Part shown: positions 37,549-45,155 of the stretch, piece by piece
Layout of the letters: each line of letters begins with the position of its first letter
Numbering within the stretch: the first letter of the stretch is position 1
Source of the DNA: Gemmatimonadota bacterium
Lineage (GTDB): Bacteria > Gemmatimonadota > Gemmatimonadetes > JACCXV01
Assembly: GCA_036556205.1 (NCBI GenBank)
Contig: DATBJW010000010.1
Coordinates: forward strand, 4,228-68,227
Length of the DNA stretch: 64,000 nucleotides
Direction: 5' to 3'
Position numbers and translations under genes: made by a program
The notes under the pieces: model-generated
What the model was told of the DNA's origin: nothing
Database searches by the model: none
The model's input: the letters and a program-made list of their open reading frames with translations, nothing else

Positions 37549-40500
37549 TCAGCGCGCGGCCTCGCCCTCCGCGGTCGCGCCTGCCTGCGCCCTGAGCTCC
37601 CGGTGCAGGTAGACACGCACGCGGCCGGCGAGGTTCCGCAGCAGCGAGCGGGCGATCTCGGCGTTGTCCTGAAGGATCTCGGACAGGTCGCGCTCGCTCA
37701 GCACGTAGGCCTCCACGTCGGTTGCGGCCAAGCCCTTCATCATGCGCGGCCCGCCGTCCACCGCGCCCAGCTCCCCGATGCATGCGCCGCGGTCCACGGT
37801 GGTCATGGGCTCACCCCCGTAGATGAGCTGCACACGGCCGGAGGCGACGACGTAGAGCGAATCTCCGGGGTCACCCTCGTCGAAGAGCATCTCGCCGGCG
37901 ACGAAGCGGGCCTGCTTCAAGGCGCCGGCCAGCTCGGTCAGGTGCTCGCCGCCGAGGCCCGAGAAGAGGTCGACCGATTGCAAGAACAAGACCCTCTCGA
38001 CCAGCGTTTCCACGAATCCCCCGTCGGAACGCTCGCCCTGCAGCCGCCGCAGCGCCAGCTGCGCCGCGTCGCGCGCGTCCCGGTCCCCGTCCTCGCGCGC
38101 CACCCATTCCAGCAGCGGCCGCAGCTCGGGGACGCCCGGATCGCCGGCGAAATATAACGCGCACAGTCGCGGCCAGCGCGCCGAATGCTCGACGATCTCG
38201 CGCAGCACGGCCTCCACGGAGCGGCTCACGAAGGCGAACTGCTCGTCGGCGGCGGCCACCGTCCGCTCGACCGGGGCGTCGCCGAAGAGCGGCAGGATCA
38301 GGCGTTTGATGGTAGGCTGATCGATCAGGCTGTCCAGCAGCTCGTGGGCGTTGGAGGCGATGCGCACGTTGCGGCCCGCCGCGCCGCGGTAGATGGTGAA
38401 GATCACCTCGGGCGGGTAGACCAGGGCCAGGAGCCGCGACACGCGCTGGGTGGCCAACGCCAGGCCTCCGAGCAGCGCGTCGATCAAAAGGTGATCGCGC
38501 TCCGGGTAACCCAGCTGAACCATGTAGTGGGCGTTGCGGTAGTAGTCCTCCGCCTCGCGGAAGATGGCGTCCTGCACGAGCTGTGGGTCCAACTGCGCCT
38601 CGGCGCGCCGCGCGCGGATCCGGTTCAGCTCCTTGATCAGATCGTAGCGCTCCCAGGAGTTGCCGAACTTCACGTGGCCGAGCAGGAAAGCGGCCGCCTC
38701 GTCGCTGCCGATCCCGCCCGCCACGCGGACCAGGCTCGTGCGGAGCCGCTTCCAGCCGGCCGCGGCGGCGTACTGCGTTTCCAGCTCGGGCAGCAGCGGC
38801 TCCCCGTAGCGGGCCAAAGCCCGGATGGCGGTCTCGCGGGTGGCGCGCGGCAGCGTTCGCTCGATCAGGATCGGCAAGTAGGCCGGGTCGCGCGTCTCCG
38901 CCGCCGCCTGGATGGCCGAGCGCTGGACCTCTTCGGAGCCGTCCCGCAGGTAGTGCAGCAGGTAGTAGCGGTACGTCTTGAGGTGCGGGTCGGCCAGCGC
39001 CCGGGCGGCCTCCACGCGGCAGCTCTCGCACTCGCCCACCGACTCGCCGAGCATCTCCTCGAAGCGCTCGAGCGCGGCCACGTCGTCGGCGTCCCAGCGG
39101 CCGTCGGCCAGCACGGCGCGAATGGCGGCGCCGCGCACGCGCGGGTCGGGGTGCGCGAGGAAGCGACGGAGGAGACCGGCCGCCTGCTCGGGGGCCAGCC
39201 GGCCGATGGCCTCGACCGCCTCGGCCGTGACGTCGGTGGGCAGACGCCCGAGCATGCCGGCGATGACCTCGATGGCGTCGCGGTCCTCCTTCGCCACGAC
39301 GTTCTGGAGCGCGCGGCGGTGCACCTCGGGGGAGGGCATCTCGAGGAGCTGTTGCAGGTAGGGCGCGATATCCACATCCGTCTGGTCGAGAAAGTCGAGC
39401 GCTAGCAGCACGCGTCCCTCGTCGCCGCTCTTCAGCACGCCGATCAGCTCGCGCAGCGTCGTGACGTCGAGGTGCGCCTTGAGGTCCGAGCGCGGCCGGA
39501 ACCCCTCCTCCGTCAGCGCCTTCTGAAGAGCCGTCCGATAGGACCTGCGGATCGAGAGCGCGAGCGTGAGCCACAGACCCAGGAAGCCGAGCGTCACCCA
39601 GGAGAGCTCGCTTTTCGAGAGCAGGAAGGCGAGCGGCGGCAGGATGGCGCCCGTGAAGCCCAGGCCGAAGCGGCCGACCACGCCTTCGATGAAGGTCTGG
39701 ACCGTCCCGGCCAATCGCTGGGGCAGCGGCACGTAGAGCAGCTGCTTGCCCGAGAGGTCGATCGAGTGCCCCAGCGCCGAGTCCAACAGCTTCAGCACGA
39801 AGACGGCGGTGAGGGTGGGCCAGAAAAGCACCAGGCCGGTCCCGACCGTGAGCAGGAGCGGCGTGAAGGCCACCGCGGCCAGGATTCCCACACGGTTCAG
39901 GACCACGCTCGTCACGAACACCTGCAGCAGGAGGCTCACGACGCCGCCCACCAGGTTGTACTGGCCGAAGAACTTCGTGAGGCCGGCGTCGGTGTGGGCC
40001 GCCTCGGCCGCGAAGATCTTGAACTGGTAGTCGATCAGCGTGGTGGCGACGGCGGTGGTGAAAGCGATGCCGGCCAGCACCCAGGGGTAGCGGTTCGCGC
40101 GCAGATACTCCGCCGCGGCGCGCCCGGTGCGCTCGTTCGGATCGCGCTGCAGGGTTCGCGCGGGCGGCAGGCCGCCGCGGGCGGCCAGGACCAGGAAGGG
40201 AGGGATGCCCAGCAGCAGGGCCCCCGCCAGCAACAGCATGTTCTCGCTGCCCAGGGGGTCGGCCGTCGCGCTGACGAGGGCCCCACCCAGGATCGAGCCC
40301 ACGACGCCGCCGGCTCCCACGAGCCCGAACAGCCGCCGCCCCTGCATCCCCGTGAGCAGGTCGCCCGCGAAGGTCCAGAACTGGATCGTCATGACCGTCG
40401 CGTAGACCTCCACCCAGAGGTAGAGCGCCGGGTAGAGCCAGTCGCCGGAGTGCCGGCGCAGCCAGATCCAGAAGAGACCGATGCTGAGGACGAACCCGAG

Positions 40501-40770
40501 CGTGGTGGCGAGGATCAGCACGCGACGCGGGACGCGGTCGATGAAGCGCGTGCTGAGCGCCACGACGACGCTGACCACGACCGCGCTTCCGATGTAGAGG
40601 TAGGGCAGGAACGCGGGATCGAGCCGCTTGAGGAAGAGCGCGCTCGATACGGACTTCAAGATGATCAGGGCGGCGATGACGATGAAGAGGTGGCCGAAGA
40701 GGGCGATCGCTCGCGGCCACTCGCCGGGCCGTACGTCCAGGAATCGGCTGCGTCGGCTCGCGCCCGCCAT
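37549..40770 (-). CDS. Fusion protein: TLC/AAA-type (MFS-like) transporter domain + HEAT repeats + cyclic-nucleotide-binding-like domain
   Basis: 1073 aa. The N-terminal ~430 aa are polytopic, with LYLWVEVYATVMTIQFWTFAGDL resembling the TLC ATP/ADP-translocase signature. The middle has HEAT-like repeats (HPDPRVRGAAIRAV, SPEVHRRALQNV). The C-terminus is a CNB fold (LFLQSVDLFSGL...FDEGDPGDSLYVV..GELG). Confidence 0.75.
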   Translation of the reverse strand: MAGASRRSRFLDVRPGEWPRAIALFGHLFIVIAALIILKSVSSALFLKRLDPAFLPYLYIGSAVVVSVVVALSTRFIDRVPRRVLILATTLGFVLSIGLFWIWLRRHSGDWLYPALYLWVEVYATVMTIQFWTFAGDLLTGMQGRRLFGLVGAGGVVGSILGGALVSATADPLGSENMLLLAGALLLGIPPFLVLAARGGLPPARTLQRDPNERTGRAAAEYLRANRYPWVLAGIAFTTAVATTLIDYQFKIFAAEAAHTDAGLTKFFGQYNLVGGVVSLLLQVFVTSVVLNRVGILAAVAFTPLLLTVGTGLVLFWPTLTAVFVLKLLDSALGHSIDLSGKQLLYVPLPQRLAGTVQTFIEGVVGRFGLGFTGAILPPLAFLLSKSELSWVTLGFLGLWLTLALSIRRSYRTALQKALTEEGFRPRSDLKAHLDVTTLRELIGVLKSGDEGRVLLALDFLDQTDVDIAPYLQQLLEMPSPEVHRRALQNVVAKEDRDAIEVIAGMLGRLPTDVTAEAVEAIGRLAPEQAAGLLRRFLAHPDPRVRGAAIRAVLADGRWDADDVAALERFEEMLGESVGECESCRVEAARALADPHLKTYRYYLLHYLRDGSEEVQRSAIQAAAETRDPAYLPILIERTLPRATRETAIRALARYGEPLLPELETQYAAAAGWKRLRTSLVRVAGGIGSDEAAAFLLGHVKFGNSWERYDLIKELNRIRARRAEAQLDPQLVQDAIFREAEDYYRNAHYMVQLGYPERDHLLIDALLGGLALATQRVSRLLALVYPPEVIFTIYRGAAGRNVRIASNAHELLDSLIDQPTIKRLILPLFGDAPVERTVAAADEQFAFVSRSVEAVLREIVEHSARWPRLCALYFAGDPGVPELRPLLEWVAREDGDRDARDAAQLALRRLQGERSDGGFVETLVERVLFLQSVDLFSGLGGEHLTELAGALKQARFVAGEMLFDEGDPGDSLYVVASGRVQLIYGGEPMTTVDRGACIGELGAVDGGPRMMKGLAATDVEAYVLSERDLSEILQDNAEIARSLLRNLAGRVRVYLHRELRAQAGATAEGEAAR

Positions 40771-40771
40771 C

Positions 40772-42229
40772 TCAGCGCGGTCCGCCGAGGGGTGCCGAGT
40801 CCGGGGGCGCGACGGAAGGGACCGTCGAGTCCGGAGCCGCCCCGGCGGGCGCGTTGCGCAGCGCCTTCTGACCGGCGGAATCCGGCGCCGCCTTGGGAGC
40901 CGGGACCGCCTCCCCCTGAAGCGCCGCGCCGCGCTCGATCCGCACCTCGTCCATCACGCTGCCGGCGGCGTCCACGCTCTTCACCTGCAGACCCTCGTTC
41001 GAGACGTCGACCGTGATGTACTCGTAGACCTGCCGCGAGAACGCGGTCCACCAGTTGACGCCCACGGCGCGCCAGGCGAAGGGCCCACCTCCCCCGCCCG
41101 TCACGACGTAGATGGTGCCGTCCCGTTGCCGGGCAACCTTCGGGTCGTCGCCCTTCACCAGACACGCCTGCGAAACGGGCTGCCGCTCCGGGCAGCGCAG
41201 CGGGAAGGAGCGCTCGTAGTCGTGGTCGTGGCCGGAGAACACCAGATCCACGGCGTAACGGTCGAAGAGGGGTTGCAGCGTCTGGCGCAACGCGAGGTCG
41301 CTGCCATGGCCGCCCAGTCCGCCTCCCGACGAGAAGGGCGGGTGGTGAAAGTACACGACGATCCAGTCCACGCTCGGGTCCCCGCGCGCGCGGCGAAGCT
41401 CGCCTTCGAGCCAGCGCACCTGCTGGCTGCCCGGATCGCGGAGGTCTCCGAAGCGCTGCGTGTAGCCCGCGCCCGTGTTGCTGTCGAGCGCCACGAAGAA
41501 GACGTTGTCGTACTGAAAGGAGTAGTAGCGCTCGGTGTGGGCGCCGTTGTCCGCCGGCAGGTGGAACGCGTCCAGGTAGGGCTGCCCGGTTGCCGTGCGG
41601 ACGTCGTGGTTCCCCAGAGCCGGGTAGAACGGAACGCTCGCCAGCAGATCCTTGTAGACGGCGAAGTGGCGGAAGTCGAAGTCGATCTCGGAGCCGTTGT
41701 CGTAGGCCACGTCGCCCACGTGGATGATCAGCGCCGCCTTCTCGCCGGGCATCCGGTCGGCCAGCTGAAGCTGCCCCTGCGTGCCTTCTCCCGAGTCCCC
41801 GAAGACCAGGAATTTGAACGGCTTGCGGCTGCCCGGCCGGGGTGCCGTGCGGAACGGGCGCGCGGCCGTGAAGCGGCCCTCCCAGGTCTGCACTTCGTAG
41901 CTGTACTCGGTGTCGGGCTGGAGCCGGTCGAGCCGGATGACGTGGTCGATCGTGACCGCCGTATCGGCCTGCGTGGCGGCCTTGCTCGAGTCCCCCAACC
42001 AGTAGCGGACCGCCCCCGCCTCGGGCGAGTGCGTCTGCCAGACCAAAGTCGCTTCCGTGGGCGTCACGCTCTGCACGTACGGGACGCGCTTGAAGTCCGG
42101 CGGAAGCTCCTGCAGCCGCTGCGGGATGCTGCGCGGCCCGCAGGCCGCCGCCAGCGCTAGCCCGCCGAGGGCGGCCACCGCCCGCGTGGCGGGCAGGGTG
42201 AGCCGCGACCGACTAGCGCACGGCCGCAT
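40772..42229 (-). CDS. Purple-acid-phosphatase-like metallophosphoesterase lipoprotein
   Basis: Lipobox LALAAACG. FN3-like N-domain (PYVQSVTPTEATLVWQT). Calcineurin-like motifs FGDSG, GDVAYDNG, GNHD, SGHDHDYE. Confidence 0.8.
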   Translation of the reverse strand: MRPCASRSRLTLPATRAVAALGGLALAAACGPRSIPQRLQELPPDFKRVPYVQSVTPTEATLVWQTHSPEAGAVRYWLGDSSKAATQADTAVTIDHVIRLDRLQPDTEYSYEVQTWEGRFTAARPFRTAPRPGSRKPFKFLVFGDSGEGTQGQLQLADRMPGEKAALIIHVGDVAYDNGSEIDFDFRHFAVYKDLLASVPFYPALGNHDVRTATGQPYLDAFHLPADNGAHTERYYSFQYDNVFFVALDSNTGAGYTQRFGDLRDPGSQQVRWLEGELRRARGDPSVDWIVVYFHHPPFSSGGGLGGHGSDLALRQTLQPLFDRYAVDLVFSGHDHDYERSFPLRCPERQPVSQACLVKGDDPKVARQRDGTIYVVTGGGGGPFAWRAVGVNWWTAFSRQVYEYITVDVSNEGLQVKSVDAAGSVMDEVRIERGAALQGEAVPAPKAAPDSAGQKALRNAPAGAAPDSTVPSVAPPDSAPLGGPR

Positions 42230-42908
42230 AGCGCCGGCCCAGCGCCTCGGGCGACGCGCCGAGCGCGTAGGCGAGACGGAACCCCCAGAGGCTCAGCTGC
42301 GTGCGGACGACCCCGCGACGCAGCCAGCGGCGGGCGGAGATCTCGAGCGGGATGGACAGCACCTGGAAGCGGCCGTGCGCGCGCATCCGCCGGCAGAGAT
42401 CGAGGTCTTCCATGAGCGGCCACTCGCGAAAGCCTCCTGCGGCCAGGAAGGGCCCCCGTCGCAGGAAGAGACCCTGGTCGCCCGTGCCCTGCCGGAACGC
42501 GCGGGTGCGCCAGTTGATGCCGCGGGCCACCCAGGCCAGAAGCGGGGCTTGCGCGATCTCGGTGGCGGAGAAGGCGACCGGGAAGCAGCCGCCGGCGCAG
42601 CGCGCATCGGCGAGGACGGCGCGCACGGCGACCAGCGCGCCCGGCGGCAAGCGGCAGTCGGCGTGCAGGAAGAGCAACCCCTCGCCGCGCGCGAGCGCGG
42701 CTCCCGCGTTCATCTGGCGACCGCGCGGGCCCGGGCTCTCGAGCACCCGCGCGCGACCCTCCGCGATCGCCCGTGTGGCGTCGCGGCTGCCCGCGTCCAC
42801 GACCCAGAGCTCGTCGCCCGGGAGCAGCTCGGACTGCGCGGCGTCGAGTGCGGCGCCCAGCGTCGCCGCCTCCTCAAGCGTGGGGATCACGATCGAGATC
42901 GAGACCAT
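42213..42908 (-). CDS. Family 2 glycosyltransferase (small, TIGR04283-like)
   Basis: MVSISIVIPTLEEAATL..., VVDAGSRD, LFLHADCRLP, EDLDLCRR. ATG at 42908 chosen by residue count. The 3' end overlaps the phosphoesterase start by 17 nt. Confidence 0.75.
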   Translation of the reverse strand: MVSISIVIPTLEEAATLGAALDAAQSELLPGDELWVVDAGSRDATRAIAEGRARVLESPGPRGRQMNAGAALARGEGLLFLHADCRLPPGALVAVRAVLADARCAGGCFPVAFSATEIAQAPLLAWVARGINWRTRAFRQGTGDQGLFLRRGPFLAAGGFREWPLMEDLDLCRRMRAHGRFQVLSIPLEISARRWLRRGVVRTQLSLWGFRLAYALGASPEALGRRYAAVR

Positions 42909-43161
42909 CGGAGCAGACCGGGAGCGGAATCGGCTGGCCAGGAGCCCCTGCGCTCGACGGAGCGATCCGGTTGGGCTCGATGGGCCGAACCTAAGGGCGC
43001 GCTCGCGGCAGATCAATCGCGGACGGCCCGTGCGCGCCAGGTACGCTGCGGGGTGCGAATCGGATCGGATGGATCGTCGGTGAGGGTAGCGCGGCAGGGG
43101 ATCGAAAGGATGATCTCGGAGTCGGCGGACCCGGGGCCTCAAGCCGGGGCGTGGAAGCCCG

Positions 43162-43341
43162 TCATTCCCACTCCTCCTCTCCTTCCTCTTCCTCTTCCTC
43201 GTAGGAGATCACCTCGAACTCCAGCGGAGACGTGTTGATCACTTCGAGCTCGGCCCCGCACTCGGGGCAGTCCACGATGTCCCCTTCCTCGTATTCGTAC
43301 TCCTCTTCGATCTCCGCGTCGCATTCGGGGCAAAATGCCAA
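43162..43341 (-). CDS. lysW: LysW-like amino-group carrier protein (zinc ribbon with poly-Glu tail)
   Basis: 59 aa if started at the TTG at 43341, which lies 6 nt after GGAGGAGGTG: MAFCPECDAEIE...DCPECGAELEVINTSPLEFEV...EEEEEEGEEEWE. This matches the LysW pattern CPECGAE-x-CxxCGAELEV..PLE..acidic tail ending W-x-E. Confidence 0.65.
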   Translation of the reverse strand: MAFCPECDAEIEEEYEYEEGDIVDCPECGAELEVINTSPLEFEVISYEEEEEEGEEEWE

Positions 43342-43439
43342 GAGCGTCACCTCCTCCGCGAACCTGCGACAGGAACCGGAAGCGCCCGCGGACTCGCTGC
43401 GTGCATCCTCCCGGTACGAGTGGGCGGACACTATAACGT

Positions 43440-43453
43440 CTTTTGGTCAAAAG
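43440..43453. promoter_or_regulatory. AT-rich palindrome in the lysW-like / ketosynthase divergent region (candidate operator)
   Basis: CTTTTG-GT-CAAAAG (6-bp arms) is the most AT-rich spot of the window. A TATAGT hexamer on the minus strand sits at 43430-43435. Confidence 0.25.
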
Positions 43454-43603
43454 AAAAGTCCTGCCGGGAAGGCCTTCAGCACGCTGCGGAGAGGCCGCCT
43501 CCGGCAGCGTGTCGGCGGGTATTCCGAGCTTGCATCGCGCCCTCTTTCGTAGGAAGAGAGGACCTTTTGCGAACCGAGACCTGTATTAGCTTAGCCTGCC
43601 CGT

Positions 43604-43667
43604 AGGTTCCACACGCGCCACCGTCCCCGCCGGGCGGCAACATCCTGTCCAGAGGTTCCACGCGCGC
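43604..43667 (+). repeat. Direct repeat AGGTTCCAC(A/G)CGCGC, two copies, immediately upstream of the ketosynthase start
   Basis: Copies at 43604-43618 and 43653-43667. The first 9 nt are identical. The second copy abuts the ATG at 43668. Confidence 0.6.
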
Positions 43668-44924
43668 ATGCCGCCCCGCAAGGTCGTGATCACGGGAATG
43701 GGAGCGGTGGCCCCGGGCGGGAACGACGTGCCCTCTTTCTGGAGCGCCGTGGCGGCGGGGCGGAGCTCGGTGGATCGGATCGCCCTGTTCGACGCCTCGG
43801 GCCTCTCCTGTCAGGTCGCCGCCGAGGTCCGCGACTTCCCGGTCCGCGAATACCTGCCCCCCAAGACTCAGAAGTTCGGGATGCGCGTCGTGGCCTTCAC
43901 GCTGGCGGCGGCGGGCCAGGCGCTCGCCCAGGCCGGACTGGATCCCGAGCGCGCGAGCGGCCGCGAGCTGCAGCGCACCGGCGTGATCCTGGGTACGGGC
44001 GCGGGCGGCATCGAGTTCGGTGAGCGGCAGTACGGGGTCTTCTACGCCGGCAACGGGCACAAGGTCAGCCCTTACGGCATCCTGGGCACCTTCGTGGGCA
44101 TGCTCTCCAGCGAGGTCAACATGGCCTTCGGACTGAAAGGCATGAGCCACGTGATCTCGACGGGCTGCACGAGCGCCTCCGACGCCATGGGTTACGCCCT
44201 GCAGTCCATCCGCACGGGCGCGGTGGACGTGGTGCTCACGGGTGGGGGCGAGGCATGCATCGTCCCGGGCATCATGAGCGCCTTCTGTCAGATGGGGACG
44301 ATGACCACGCGGTGGAACGATCAAGCCGCGTGCGCCTCGCGGCCGTTCAACCGCGACCGCGACGGGTTCGTGATGGGTGAAGGGGCCTGGATCCTGGTCT
44401 TCGAGGAGCTCGAATCCGCGCGCGCCCGGGGCGCGCCGATCCTGGCGGAGGTGGCCGGCTACGCCTCGACCTGCGACGCCTACCATCGGGTGCGGCCGGA
44501 GCCCACGGGTGAGGAGGCCGCGCGCGCGATCGATCTGGCGCTCGAGGACGCGAACGCGAACGCCGAGCAGGTCGGCTACATGAGCCTGCACGGCACGGCC
44601 ACCGAGCTCAACGACCGGATCGAGACCCGCGCCGTGAAGCTGGCCCTCGGGCACCGCGCGCAGGACGTGCCGGCCAGCGGCCTCAAGTCCATGATCGGCC
44701 ACGCGCAGGGAGCCTGCGGCGCGGCCGCGACCGTGGCCACGGTATGCGCCCTGCGCGAAGGTTTCGCGCCGCCCACCATCAACTACTCCGAGCCCGACCC
44801 GGAGTGCGACCTGGACTACGTCCCCAATCAGGGCCGCTCCGCGCCCATCGAGCTGGCGGTCGTCAACACGATCGCCTTCGGCTCCAAGAACTCCACGTTG
44901 GTGCTGAGGCGCTGGGAAGCGTAG
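43668..44924 (+). CDS. Beta-ketoacyl synthase (KAS II / KS family), stand-alone
   Basis: 418 aa. Active-site Cys in ISTGCTSASDA. His motifs SLHGTATELNDRIE and IGHAQGACG. No acpP/fabD/fabG neighbours. Confidence 0.9.
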   Translation: MPPRKVVITGMGAVAPGGNDVPSFWSAVAAGRSSVDRIALFDASGLSCQVAAEVRDFPVREYLPPKTQKFGMRVVAFTLAAAGQALAQAGLDPERASGRELQRTGVILGTGAGGIEFGERQYGVFYAGNGHKVSPYGILGTFVGMLSSEVNMAFGLKGMSHVISTGCTSASDAMGYALQSIRTGAVDVVLTGGGEACIVPGIMSAFCQMGTMTTRWNDQAACASRPFNRDRDGFVMGEGAWILVFEELESARARGAPILAEVAGYASTCDAYHRVRPEPTGEEAARAIDLALEDANANAEQVGYMSLHGTATELNDRIETRAVKLALGHRAQDVPASGLKSMIGHAQGACGAAATVATVCALREGFAPPTINYSEPDPECDLDYVPNQGRSAPIELAVVNTIAFGSKNSTLVLRRWEA

Positions 44925-44926
44925 GC

Positions 44927-44985
44927 GGGCAGGCGCTCGCTTAGCGAGCCATTGGGTTTCATGGCGAGCGGGCGAGCGCCTGCCC
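44927..44985 (+). repeat. Structured intergenic repeat, copy B1 (core variant B)
   Basis: Core TTAGCGAGCCATTGGGTTTCATGGCGAGC at 44941-44969, between perfectly complementary 14-bp arms GGGCAGGCGCTCGC (44927-44940) and GCGAGCGCCTGCCC (44972-44985). Confidence 0.85.
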
Positions 44986-45002
44986 ACCTCGGCCGTCCTT
45001 CC

Positions 45003-45155
45003 TCATCCCCGACGTTTGAAGTACTGGATCGCGCGCTCGTGCCGCTCGGCCGCCGCGCGCGTGTCGAAGGTCCCCAGGTTCCGCCGCTTGCCGGTCTTCG
45101 GGTCCACCTTCCGCGAGTAGAGGCGGTACTTGCCCGACGCCAGCTTGCGGATCAC
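45003..45155 (-). CDS. Small basic conserved-looking protein
   Basis: 50 aa from a GTG that overlaps the upstream stop (GTGA): VIRKLASGKYRLYSRKVDPKTGKRRNLGTFDTRAAAERHERAIQYFKRRG. Composition is clearly non-random compared with the upstream part of the 155-aa ORF. Confidence 0.5.
   Translation of the reverse strand: MIRKLASGKYRLYSRKVDPKTGKRRNLGTFDTRAAAERHERAIQYFKRRG

Noticed and set aside
43517-43534. Sigma-54-like GGGTATTCCGAGCTTGCA in the lysW-like / ketosynthase intergenic region.
   Set aside because: The spacing between GG and GC is N12 or more, depending on which Gs are used. This is incompatible with sigma-54 geometry.
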